DNA of 26,393 bases from an uncultured bacterium (lineage in GTDB: Bacteria > Chloroflexota > UBA5177 > JANWHV01), in the NCBI GenBank assembly GCA_963729625.1, contig CAVSOU010000013.1, forward strand, positions 1-26,393, written 5' to 3'. Made by a program: the position numbers and the translations under genes. Below, one piece after another: positions 1-9,803 of the stretch. The stretch's first letter is position 1. Every line of letters starts with the position of its first letter. The notes under the pieces were generated by a model. The model saw nothing but the letters and a program-made list of their open reading frames with translations, did no database searches and had not been told where the DNA came from.

Positions 1-33
1 TCCTGGCTAGATGGAAGGTAATAGGAGGATGAT

Positions 34-1746
34 ATGACCAGCGGTCTTCACGTCCTGCAAAGTTGCCGACGATTGCCGCAATCCGCGGCTGGCGCAGCAC
101 TGCTGCTACTCTTGCCTTTGCTCCCTACTCATGGCTCAGCAATTCAGGCGACCGGAACAGGTCTTGTCCTGGCAAAGAGCAGTGCTGCCATGACTTGGGC
201 CCGCCGAGCTACCAGCACAACTGTCGATCTGTACAGTGTCAGCTGCCCGACCGCGAGGGTTTGCGTGGCCGTGGGCTACAGGCCGGGCTCGCAGCCGCAG
301 CGCGACGGATTCGCGACCATCCTGGTCAGCGCGGACGGCGGCGCCACGTGGCGCAATCGTACCTCGGGCGCCGGCCGAGCGCTCTCCAGCAGCAGCCAGC
401 TGCAGAGCGTCGACTGCCCGAGCGTGACCTCCTGTGTAGCGGTCGGCTACACGCATGGCCGGACGAGCTGGAACGGCACCACCCTGGTCCTGACCAGCTC
501 GAACGGGGGCAGAACGTGGTCTCGCCACAGCCCGAAGGGGACGTACTCGCTGGATGGCGTCAGTTGCCCGAAACCCCGCGTCTGCGTGGCCGTATCCAAC
601 CAGTCACCGTCCCCGGGGATCCTCAGGACTACGGATGGCTGGACCCGGTTCACGGCACGGAGCATCCATCTCGACGATGCTCCCTTGTTCAGCGTCGACT
701 GCCGTCTTCCCACCTGCGTGGCGGTAGGCCACTACGGCACTATCGTCACCAGCGCGGATAGTGGAACCACCTGGAGAATCCAGCGTCGATCGCCAACCGC
801 GAGCGGCCTCGCGACCGAGAGCTACACAACCGTGACCTGTACAAGTGTGCGCGAGTGCGTGACGGTCGGCGCGGTGTGGGACTCCAGAAGCCGGAGATTC
901 GTGCGGGGGTTGCTCTTGACCACGGTCGACGGAGGCCGTAGCTGGAGCAGGCAGCCGGTAGCGATGACGAACCAGGCCAATGGGGTGAGCTGTCCAAGCA
1001 GGACGACCTGCGTGCTCGTCGGCGATCACGGCGCCATCTTCGTCGGCGCGGAGGGCGGTACAACCTGGCGGAAGCCAGGGTCGGGCACGAACCGAGATCT
1101 GTACAGGGTGAGCTGCCCCAATCCGCACCAGTGCGTGGCCGTGGGCAAGGGAGGCACCATTCTGCTCGGCCGCACTCACTCCACCGGCGCCATACCTAAG
1201 CCCAAGGTGAAGGTAACCGGCCCGGCGACCAAGGTCGTCGTGTTCCATCCAAGCGGTGTGCGCCGCGATATCGGGCAGGGCGATTGCTTCCATAGCTCTA
1301 CCGTGGTCGCGCGGCCCAATGCGTGGCGGTGCGATAGTCCGGAGGGAATTGAAGATCCGTGCTTCAGCGCATCGTCCGCGGCCATGACCGTGCTTTGCGA
1401 CGCCGGCCCCTTCAATCCACTGAAAGACCCCCGTGGCGATCTGCTCCATCTGACAAAGGCGCTGCCTGCGCCCCGAAGTCCTCGCGCCGGCGGTTCCCCC
1501 TGGATTTTCGAGCTCGCCGGCGGCCTGATGTGCCAGACGTATTCCGGCGTTCCGCTCCAGATCAACAACTCCTCGGGAGGAATCGCCGGGTTCGTCTTCA
1601 CACGCTGCTCGGACGGGCACTTCCTGTGGAAGGTCAACCGCGGCGCCGTGTGGACCGCCCAGGAGATCTCGGTGTCCCGTGTCCCGGCCGGTGGTTTCCC
1701 CATCACACGCGCTATCAGCGTCAAGATCAGCAGAATCTGGGTGTAG
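34..1746 (+). CDS. Secreted Cys-rich beta-propeller protein (BNR/Asp-box, Ycf48-like) with a C-terminal 6-Cys domain
   Basis: RBS AGGAGG just upstream; hydrophobic signal-like segment (AALLLLLPLLP); seven xxxVxC-x4-5-CVxVG-type repeats alternating with Asp-boxes (SADGGATW, SSNGGRTW, SADSGTTW, TVDGGRSW); Pro/Lys linker, then GDCF..AWRC..DPCF..VLC domain. Confidence 0.8.
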   Translation: MTSGLHVLQSCRRLPQSAAGAALLLLLPLLPTHGSAIQATGTGLVLAKSSAAMTWARRATSTTVDLYSVSCPTARVCVAVGYRPGSQPQRDGFATILVSADGGATWRNRTSGAGRALSSSSQLQSVDCPSVTSCVAVGYTHGRTSWNGTTLVLTSSNGGRTWSRHSPKGTYSLDGVSCPKPRVCVAVSNQSPSPGILRTTDGWTRFTARSIHLDDAPLFSVDCRLPTCVAVGHYGTIVTSADSGTTWRIQRRSPTASGLATESYTTVTCTSVRECVTVGAVWDSRSRRFVRGLLLTTVDGGRSWSRQPVAMTNQANGVSCPSRTTCVLVGDHGAIFVGAEGGTTWRKPGSGTNRDLYRVSCPNPHQCVAVGKGGTILLGRTHSTGAIPKPKVKVTGPATKVVVFHPSGVRRDIGQGDCFHSSTVVARPNAWRCDSPEGIEDPCFSASSAAMTVLCDAGPFNPLKDPRGDLLHLTKALPAPRSPRAGGSPWIFELAGGLMCQTYSGVPLQINNSSGGIAGFVFTRCSDGHFLWKVNRGAVWTAQEISVSRVPAGGFPITRAISVKISRIWV

Positions 1747-1927
1747 CGTCGCACGTCAATGCCCGCCAGTCAGAAAGCATTCGTGTACCGAAACCCATGC
1801 TGCTTGCACCGGGCCGAGTCGCCTTCCAGCGTGCATGCGGTAGCGAACCGTGTGTACTCCCACGCCCAGAGTAGCTCTTGCAGGCCCGAAATATCCGGAC
1901 AGTCCGACATGCTAAGGAGCGTGGCCA

Positions 1928-1960
1928 CCTAATGCCCGCCTAATGGCAGCGTGCTATGCT
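1928..1960 (+). promoter_or_regulatory. Putative activator-dependent promoter: CCTAATG direct repeats with 11-bp period plus extended -10 TGcTATGCT
   Basis: CCTAATG at 1928-1934 and 1939-1945; TG-C-TATGCT at 1952-1960; upstream of ATG 1986. Confidence 0.4.
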
Positions 1961-1985
1961 GCGCTGGCGGAAGGCGAGTGTTGCC

Positions 1986-4628
1986 ATGAATGACGACCGA
2001 AGACCTGTTTCCTGCCCGCGGTGCGGCAGGCAGCGCGCCTCGCACGACAAGTTCTGCGGCGGATGCGGTCGCCTCTTTGACGAGCCGCCGGCGGACCAAC
2101 CGACAGAGGTCGGTGCGGTCGCGACGGTCGGCAGGGACGGCGCTCTGCCTTTGAGCCCAACCCTGCGTGTACCGCCTTCCGCCTCAACCACGCCGAGACG
2201 TACGATGGTCGAGCAAGGCGCGTCCGACGCCGATGGCAGTCCGGGTCCGGGACTGGACCGCCGGCAGGGGCTTGCAGCGGTTGAGTCCTGCTGCACTTCC
2301 GCCCCGGTCCGTGCGGGCGGCTATGTCCTCGTCATCTCACAGCCGGGCAAGCCGGAGATGACCACGACGTTGGGTGCGAGCCGGCTCACGATTGGCCGAA
2401 GCAGCACTTGCGAATCGTGATCGACGCACCCGGCGTATCCCGCCTGCACGCAGACGTGAAACAGGGCAGGGCGGCTACGTGCTGCGAGACCAGGGCAGCG
2501 CGAACGGCCTGGTGGTTGAAGGGGCCAGTGTCAAGGAGGTGGTGTTGCGCGAGGGTCAGCCGGTACGCATCCCCGATCCCTACGGCAACCTGATCACGCT
2601 TTCGCTGCGGGTCCGAGCACCGCCTCCGCAACGGGCGCAGGGTTTGCCGCCGCCGAAGCGCGCTGGCACACGCTGCCTCTGACGCGCCTGGAGCGTCGCT
2701 CACGATCGGACGGGACGCCACCAACGACGTGCGGCTCGACCAGCCGCTCGTCTCGCGCCGGCATGCGCGCGTGGAACGTACGGCGGACGGCCTGGTGGCT
2801 CGCGATCTGGGCAGCACCAACGGCACCTTCGTGAACGGCGCACGCGTCCAGGGCGCCATGACCATCGCTGATGGCGACGAGCTGCGCGTCGGTTCGGCCC
2901 GGTTTCTGGTGGAGGGCGCCGCGCTGCGCCAGTGTATCGAGAGCCAACACGTGCGATCGACGGCGTGAACCTGGTGCGGCGAGTCGGGCGCGGCGGCGCC
3001 AAAGTCATTCTCGATTCTGCGTCGCTCTCGATTCTGCCCGGCGAGTTCGTCGCTCTGGTTGGCGGCAGCGGAGCCGGCAAGACCACGCTGCTGCGGGCAC
3101 TCTGCGCCGTGGAGCGCGCACAGACGGGCCTTGTCCTGTTCAACGGTCTCGATTTCTACAGGAATCCCGGACCGTACCGCGAGATGATCGGCTATGTTCC
3201 GCAAGACGATATTCTCCATCGGGAGCTGACGGTCGACCGGGCCCTGCACTACGCCGCGCTCCTGCGCCTGCCCCCGGACACGTCGAGTGAGGAGCGCGCA
3301 AAGCACATCGAGGAGGCGCTCGCCGAGGTGAAGATGGAGGCCCAGCGCCATCAGCCCATCAGCAAGCTCTCCGACGGTCAGCGCAAGCGCGTGAGCATCG
3401 CCGTGGAGCTGCTGGCCAATCCCGGCGTGATCTTCCTCGACGAGCCCACGTCCGGTCTGGATCCCGGGCTGGACAAGACGGTGATGGCGCTCTTGCAGCT
3501 TCTCTGCGACCGAGGGCGGACTATCGTCCTGGTCACGCATGCCACCGAGAACATCTGCCTGTGCTCCCACGTGGCATTCATGGCGCGGGGCGGCCGGCTC
3601 GTCTATTTTGGACCACCGCCGAGGCGCCTGCCTCTTTCGGCGTTCCTTCCTTCCCGGATATCTACACGCTGTGCGAACAGCGGCCAGAGGAGACCGGTGA
3701 GCTCGAAGCGCGGTATCGCCGGTCGCCACACTACCAGCGTTCGTGCTCGACCGCCGGCAGGAAGCAGCCGCACTGACCGCGACGGCCGGCGCGGCGCGAG
3801 CATTCGCCGGCTTTCCGTGAAGGCAGGCGCTTGCCAGTGGTGGATTCTCACACGCCGCTACGCGGAGCTGTTGGGCCGGGACCGGCTCAATCTCGCCATT
3901 CTGCTGGCGCAAGCCCCGGTCGTCGCCCTGCTGCTGATCATGGTCGCCTCCCAATGCCTTTACCGTGGCCGATGTGCCTGGGACGCAACAAATCCTGCTG
4001 ATGCTGACGCTGGCCGCCGTCTGGTTCGGCACGATCAACGCCGCGCGCGAAATCGTCAAGGAGCGCCCTATCTACCAGCGGGAGCGGATGGCCACGCTCG
4101 GCATCGTGCCTTACATTCTCTCGAAGTTCGCCGTGCTCGCGTTGCTGTCGGTGCTGCAGTCCGCCGTCCTGCTCGTGGGGGTCTCTTTCAAGACTCACCC
4201 ATTTGCCAGCCCAGGGCATGCTCATGCCCGCCGGTATTGAGATCGGCATCACGGTCATTCTTACCTCGCTGGCAGGGCTCGCCTGCGGCCTGCTGCTCAG
4301 CAGCCTGGTCGCCACGGCGGACCGAGCCATGAGTATCGTACCGATTGTCCTGCTCGCACAGGTAGTGTTTTCCGGCGCTGCCTTCGAGCTCCAGGGCCCC
4401 AGCAGCCTGCTTGCGCGCCTGTTTCCGAGCCGTTGGAGCATGAGTATACTGGGACAAACGACCTGCCTCAACGCGCTGGGCGTGGCGGCAGGCGTGCCTG
4501 ACTTTCCCAAGCTGCTCTACGGCGGTGGCTCGGCGGCGCACGTCCTGGAAAAGTGGCTGGTGCTGGCAGCCTTTAGCGGGCTGTTTCTGATGGCGACGTA
4601 CTGGACCTTGCGACGACGTGACACATAA
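1986..4628 (+). CDS. Zinc-ribbon/FHA/FHA/ABC ATPase/ABC-2 permease fusion exporter (Rv1747-like), multiply frameshifted
   Basis: CPRCG..CGGCG zinc ribbon; FHA1 (LTIGRSS..VSRLHA..DQGSANG); FHA2 (LTIGRDATND..VSRRHA..DLGSTNGTFVNG); Walker A GGSGAGKTT, signature LSDGQ, FLDEPTSGLD; permease EIVKERPIYQRERM..PSRWS. Pieces spread across frames; pseudogene or sequencing error. Confidence 0.85.
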
Positions 4629-4668
4629 CAGGATCCGGGCGGTGGAGCAACAGTGAGGGAGGAATGGG

Positions 4669-4960
4669 ATGGATGTGATCTGGCTGCTCGTCTATTGGCT
4701 TGTTCTGCTGACCGCGATCTACATGGCATACTCGACCGTGCGCGAAGGCGAGCAAACGCTGCTGCGCCGGCCGCTCTCGGTCCCGCTCACGCTCGCCGTT
4801 GTGGCGGCCGGGACCGGCTTGTTGGTCAGCGCCTTCAACCTCATTACCAACAACTACGTCGCCGGGAACTCGAGCTACCTGAACTACTACGCCAATGGCG
4901 CCTTACCCGAGGTGATCTCCGTGCTGCTGGCCCTGGGATCGGGATGGCTCATCAGACGCG
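4669..4960 (+). pseudogene. Membrane protein N-terminal part, fused in frame to an IS1182-like transposase fragment (ORF continues to 5226)
   Basis: GGAGG upstream; about three hydrophobic segments, then an abrupt switch to transposase-like sequence. Confidence 0.55.
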
Positions 4961-4962
4961 AC

Positions 4963-5210
4963 GCGGTGGCTGCGGCGGCCGGTGCCGATCTGGTGAACGG
5001 GCCGGCGAGTCTGAAGGCGGCGCTGGACCTGGACTGGGATGACCCGGCGGCACGTCAGGTGGCCCTGGGGCAGATCTTGCGTGCTCTGGCGCAGTTCGAG
5101 CAGTACGTGGCGACGCAGACCCTCTCGGCACTGGCAGCGATGGGTGTGGCGGAGCAAGTGGTCGCACAAGACGTCACCCGCACGCCGAGCGGCCAGCCGC
5201 AGCTGCGGGA
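4963..5210 (+). mobile_element. IS1182-family transposase internal fragment
   Basis: AVAAAAG..SLKAALDLDWDDPAARQVALGQIL..VAQDV..G.PQLR matches my recollection of the central helical region of IS1182 transposases; no ends or DDE core. Confidence 0.65.
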
Positions 5211-5564
5211 AGCACGCGGGCGGTAGGTGGCTGGAGCTCCCGGCCCCACGTACTACCTGCACGGGTTGCTGCTCGGACATGCAGCATCGCCGAGCCACTC
5301 TCAGCTGGTCGTGCACGCATCCTCAGGTCCGCGCGTACGCACAGTTCGGTACGCTGAAGCGAGGTTGAACTACCGAGTGGTGGAGGAGAAGATGGCTGAA
5401 AGGCAAGGTAAGGCGCGCTACCTGTGGTATCGCGTGCCGGCAAGCGCGCCGGTTGCCGGGGCGGCGAACTGCCTCGTCCGTGCGCGGCATGACCCACAAA
5501 GGCGCTACCACCCGCACTTCATGCCGCACGTCTGGCCTAGGGAACGCCGGGGTCAGGCCCCATC

Positions 5565-6272
5565 GTGGCTAAAGCAGCGGACACGCAGCGACTCGAGGCA
5601 TTTAGCGACGGTGTGTTTGCGGTCGCGATAACCCTGCTGGTCTTCGACCTGAACGCCGCGACGGGAGGCGGGTCGCTTGTGCAGCGGCTGGCGGTGCAAT
5701 GGCCGAGTTACGGCGCGTTCCTGGTGAGCTTCGCCATGATTGGGATCATGTGGATCAACCACCACGCGATGTTCCGCGACATTCGCGCCGCTGACCATGC
5801 GCTGATCGTGGCCAACCTCGCCGTCCTGCTCGTCGTGACTATGATCCCGTTCCCAACTAGAGTGGTGGCCGAGGCCTTCCAGTCCGGCTCCACGGACGAT
5901 CGCCGCACCGCCGCCATCGTGTATGGGCTGGCCTTTCTGGCATTCACGGTTGCATACAACGTGCTCTGGCTCCTGGCGGCGCGGGGGCGCCGGCTGATTG
6001 AGCCGGAGGCACAACAGGCCGAGATCGACGCGCGCACCCGCCGATCGCTGCTGGGTCTGCCGGCATACGGAGCGGCGACGGTGATCGCGCTGGTCAGCCC
6101 CGAGGCAAGCGTGGCCCTCGACGGAGTCCTAGCGCTGATGTATCTGTTCCCGGGAGGCTGGGTCGACCGGCTACTGGTGCCGGACTTACAATCTCAGGCA
6201 CAGGCCCCGGGTGACGAGAGCCTGATGATCGTGCGCGCTGCCCGCTGTAGTGCCGCCTGCTGCTGCACGTGA
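5565..6272 (+). CDS. TMEM175-family potassium channel (DUF1211)
   Basis: RLEAFSDGVFAVAITLLV TM1 signature, WPSY..F..SF..IG..WINHH, PFPT, about 6 TM helices; last ~25 aa may be non-native. Confidence 0.88.
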   Translation: MAKAADTQRLEAFSDGVFAVAITLLVFDLNAATGGGSLVQRLAVQWPSYGAFLVSFAMIGIMWINHHAMFRDIRAADHALIVANLAVLLVVTMIPFPTRVVAEAFQSGSTDDRRTAAIVYGLAFLAFTVAYNVLWLLAARGRRLIEPEAQQAEIDARTRRSLLGLPAYGAATVIALVSPEASVALDGVLALMYLFPGGWVDRLLVPDLQSQAQAPGDESLMIVRAARCSAACCCT

Positions 6273-6820
6273 AGTCCATGTGCCTGCGCATGTTTTACAC
6301 AGAACGATGTGGGTCTCCGGCCTTTCTGATGAAGCACAGACGGCAAGTTAGGCCGCGTGAAGCACGCGTTGATGGACGTCAATAGGGTCTGCCGGCGGTA
6401 GATCTCATCGTCGCCCATCATGCCTGCCCGCGTCGTTCGTGGGGACGACCGGCACGCCTCTCTCGAATGGTATCAGCTTGCTACTGTGGGCAGCGGTTGC
6501 CGGCCCACGTCGGCTGTTCGGCAGAGAGCCCAGCAGCACACATGGCCGGGGCGCACATTTCGCACTCGCTTGGCCTAGCAGAACAATAGTGCTGGCTGGG
6601 GTGCCACGCTGTCGTCTATGGCGCACCAACGCACAGAAGCTGCCGTTGCGCACGACCTGCCTTGCCAGCCCAAGGCAACCGCTCGGCAACTGGACACTGA
6701 TCGCCTCGCTTACAGGGTACGGCCAAGCCCTCCACCCCGGTGCTGCGAGCGCGGCCCGGAGACAGACCAGCACTATGTTCACTCTGCATAGGCGGCGATG
6801 ATCCGGTTCATCTCTGCATT

Positions 6821-7234
6821 CGGACGATCGCGCAGCTTGGCGACATGATCGGCCGCCATCCACGTCTGCGGTTTCAGTGCTTTCTTGCGAGCCGGCATGC
6901 CAACCAGGCACTCTGCACGCTTGCGCGCGAGTTGCCGAACTTGAGCCTGGCTGGCTACTGGTGGCACAGTTTCTTCCCCTCGGTTATGCGTGCGCTGATG
7001 GCTGAACGCCTCGACATGCTGCCAGCGAACAAGCAGATCGGGTTCTTCTCCGACGCCTACACGCTCGAGTGGAGCTACGCCAAGGCCGTGCTGGTACGCA
7101 AACAGCTCGCGCAGGTACTTGCGGAGCAGATTGTTCAGGGACAGCACACGCCGGACGGTGCGCTGCAGGTGGCACGCGGTATTCTCTATGAGAGTCCGCA
7201 ATCGCTGTTGGGCATCACGCCAATGTCACGATAG
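6821..7234 (+). pseudogene. C-terminal fragment of a glucuronate isomerase-like amidohydrolase-superfamily protein
   Basis: LARELPNLSLAGYWWH.FFP..KQIGFFSDAY.LEWSYAKA..ARGILYESP; N-terminal part absent. Confidence 0.65.
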
Positions 7235-7457
7235 GTGCCAGCGCAAGTGCGGCGACACAGGCGCTGCTGAAGGCAGCCATAACCTGGCGGAGCCTCCAGC
7301 ACCCCACGCGCGGCGGACGAGCAGATCACGACCATCCACGCGGCGGAAGCGCTGCAGTACCGGGCACAGAGGCATTTGTAGCCCTGCCATCTCTGCCAGG
7401 GTGGATCCGGTTGCGGCACGTTCCGAGGCGCGCCTTACGGTTGTACGGTTGCATTCA

Positions 7458-7862
7458 TCATAGATTCCAGTAAGGCTGGTGCAAGGCGACCACCCGATCC
7501 ACGGCCTGCTTGGCCTCGGCGGCGACACGATGCACTGTGGCAATCAGGTCAATGGAAGGGAGAAACTGATCCACAACGCGTGATCGACGGCTGCTCATTT
7601 CCTCGACAATTGCCAGCACACAGAATGGCACGTACACCCTGCTGTAGCCGCCTTCCATGCATATTGCCAGGCGTCCCTGACAGGTGTCGTCCGCTACTGC
7701 CTTTACTCGCCGCGTCATGGTGCGGTACCCCTCTGACGACACCATCATGCGCCCCATCGGATCATAGATACTGGCATCTTGCCCCGCCGAGACCAGGATG
7801 AGATCCGGCTTGAACTGCAGCAGAATCGGAACCACCAGGCGATCAAACGCACTGAGATAACG
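7458..7862 (-). pseudogene. C-terminal fragment of a class II histone deacetylase / acetylpolyamine amidohydrolase family protein
   Basis: FKPDLILVSAGQDA..DPMG and MEGGYS motifs; region upstream of YLSAF missing. Confidence 0.85.
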
Positions 7863-7921
7863 AAAGAGGGATCGCCCGAGGCGCGTCACGTGCCAACGGT
7901 GCCGGTAGCTGCGCGAACTCC

Positions 7922-8239
7922 TCACGGCGTTAAGCTGGGCAGGCTGCTCTTGCGCACGTAGTCGAAGAATCGCGCGCTCTCGTCCTCGGACGTCCACTCG
8001 GCGCGCAGGCTCGTGCGTTTGGCAATACGGCGCAAGCCTGAGAGCAGCGTGCGATTGAGATCCGCCGCGTTTTCCCCTTCCAGGAGCGCATGGACCCTGA
8101 CCCCCAGTTCGGTGTCTTCAACCTCGGCGCCGGGGAGCAGCTGCCCAAGTGCGGCACGCATGTCGGGCAGATTTGCACTGCGGACCTCCGCGACAAGCTG
8201 GAACTGCTTGGCTGTCAAACCGGATCTCCTTTGATTCAT
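7922..8239 (-). CDS. Small hypothetical protein (105 aa)
   Basis: Protein-like composition; LEGENAADLNRTLLSGLRR..LRAEWT..RFFDYV resembles an uncharacterised family I recall. Confidence 0.6.
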   Translation of the reverse strand: MNQRRSGLTAKQFQLVAEVRSANLPDMRAALGQLLPGAEVEDTELGVRVHALLEGENAADLNRTLLSGLRRIAKRTSLRAEWTSEDESARFFDYVRKSSLPSLTP

Positions 8240-8322
8240 CGATCTGCGGCGCTGCGCTACACGTGAGCGGCCGATGTGTCGCGCTCAAGGGTTCCCCATG
8301 TCAACTTGGGGAATCCCCCAAA

Positions 8323-8802
8323 TCAGCCGAGCGTCCGTTCGTCTCCGAGGAGTAGGGTGAGAAAGGCTTCGGCAGAGAGGTACGTGATGCCGTCGTAGGA
8401 ATGGCGTCCGTCCCGGCCACGCGGCGGGTAATGCCGGGTGTTCTCGGACACCACGTACTCGGCCCGTCCCTCAACTGCCGCAGCCCAAATCGGGTAATCG
8501 TTGGCGTCGAGCAGCGCAGACCAGGTGGGCGGGTATGGCGGCCGAGGGGTCACGACCTCGAATGTCAGGTGCAGGGCGGCCATCATCGCATTCGCGGCGT
8601 CGGAGCAGGCGCGTTCGGCGGCAACGGAGAGATCACCCGGCATGCGCGTCCTGATCCAGCGCCAGGTGAGGACGCGGTTCAGTTCGGCGATGATCCACGG
8701 GGACCAGAGCCCCGTGTACAGGCCTGTGGCGGCCACTTCCTGCAACTGACGGCGCAACCGATCGGAGTAGAGGGAACTGGTATCGAGGACGGCTCGGATC
8801 AC
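8323..8802 (-). CDS. PIN-domain toxin (PIN_3 / VapC50-like)
   Basis: IRAVLDTS, WSPWIIAEL, DANDYPIWAAAVEGRAEYVVSENTRHYP; GTG start overlaps the upstream TGA (GTGA). Confidence 0.85.
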   Translation of the reverse strand: MIRAVLDTSSLYSDRLRRQLQEVAATGLYTGLWSPWIIAELNRVLTWRWIRTRMPGDLSVAAERACSDAANAMMAALHLTFEVVTPRPPYPPTWSALLDANDYPIWAAAVEGRAEYVVSENTRHYPPRGRDGRHSYDGITYLSAEAFLTLLLGDERTLG

Positions 8803-9230
8803 CCAGTCGCCTCGTGCGCACGCTCCCACGGCAACCGTCCGGGCCGCCCGGCATGGAGTTGCTCAAGCTCTTCTTCGCTCATGTCCGCATCGCCACCCAG
8901 CGCTGCAGCGCGGTCATGCAGCTGATCGGCGACCTTGATCGCCCGCACCGGGTTACCGCCTCTGATGCGCTCGATCTCCGAGAGGGGAATCATCGTCCTC
9001 CCTCCTCGCTTGATGCCACGGATATACGCCGTCCGGCACCAGGCGAGAACAGTGTTCGGCGAGCGAATCCCCAGCAGGCGCGCTGCCTCGGTCGTCGTCA
9101 GCAGCCGATCGTCATCCAGCGAGGCGACGGCCTGGTCTAGTTCTCGCAGCACTGCGGTCAGGTCGCCAGCCCGCGCTGCTTCTCGCGCGCGTTCCAGCTC
9201 AGCGCGTAGTGTCTCCATCGTGGCACCCAT
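8799..9230 (-). CDS. Excisionase-like (HTH_17/MerR-type) DNA-binding antitoxin
   Basis: LLTTTEAARLLGIRSPNTVLAWCR..KRGGRTMIPLSEIERI; RBS AAGGAGG; coupled to the PIN gene. Confidence 0.8.
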   Translation of the reverse strand: MGATMETLRAELERAREAARAGDLTAVLRELDQAVASLDDDRLLTTTEAARLLGIRSPNTVLAWCRTAYIRGIKRGGRTMIPLSEIERIRGGNPVRAIKVADQLHDRAAALGGDADMSEEELEQLHAGRPGRLPWERAHEATG

Positions 9231-9259
9231 CGGCTTTTCCTCCTTGGTGGCTCACTCTC

Positions 9260-9288
9260 AGTCTATCGCAAAACCTCATATTCATCAA
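9260..9288 (-). promoter_or_regulatory. Sigma-70-type promoter of the HTH-PIN operon
   Basis: Minus strand TTGATG-N17-TAGACT in an AT-rich patch, ~30 nt upstream of ATG 9230. Confidence 0.65.
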
Positions 9289-9399
9289 TAACATCAAAAG
9301 GCGCAGCAGGCTCTGCGCTTTCTGCCGCCTCTTGAACGTACCGTTGGCCCAGGCCGCGCGCGGGGCTGTGAAGAGAAGTCGAGCCCGCGACATCAGCCG

Positions 9400-9459
9400 A
9401 AAAGCGTCGAGATAAGACGGGGTCAGCAGATGATGGTGGACGTCAATGCGTATGCCCAT
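9400..9459 (-). pseudogene. Amidohydrolase-family protein, only the first ~20 codons
   Basis: Strong RBS AAAGGAGG then MGIRIDVHHHLLTPSYLDA (DxHxH motif); similarity stops immediately afterwards. Confidence 0.6.
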
Positions 9460-9795
9460 GTGGGTCGGTCCTCCTTTCCGTGCTGGCGCCTTCTGCGGTG
9501 TGTTCCTGCGGCGCTGGCGCCAATGCCTCTTGCATCGCACGGGAGACGGCGCCGGCACGAGCAGGTTCGACCCCTGCGGCGATCAGGACGGCGGTCGCGG
9601 CCTCCTCGCCCGTGCCCGCCCAGGTGCCGGAGTTCACGCTCTCGACCAGGGCAATGGTACTGGCGGCCAGCATGTCATTGAGGACCACTGCCGGCAGGCG
9701 GTCATGGAACACGCCGGCAGCCTGGCCGCGCGCGAGAATCGTGCAGGCATGCCGGCGCACTGGCGCAAGCACATCCTCGACGCGCTCGTTTCCCA
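9443..9795 (-). pseudogene. TetR/AcrR-family regulator C-terminal fragment
   Basis: ILARGQAAGVF..LP motif typical of TetR C-terminal helices; HTH missing; stop overlaps the amidohydrolase start. Confidence 0.5.
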
Positions 9796-9803
9796 AATGC
9801 ATG

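Noticed and set aside
2386-4059. Long antisense ORFs (also 604-1620, 9443-10432, 12977-13945, 24504-25532)
   Set aside because: Shadow frames of recognisable genes in high-GC DNA, or frames running through unrelated fragments
5366-5380. TGAACTACCGAGTGG as another copy of the 16-bp IR
   Set aside because: Only 8 contiguous matches and no partner IR nearby
6273-6820. ORFs between TMEM175 and the uxaC-like fragment
   Set aside because: No recognisable motif in the frames examined; left unassigned
7437-7452. TACGGTTG tandem duplication
   Set aside because: Two copies only, with no supporting context
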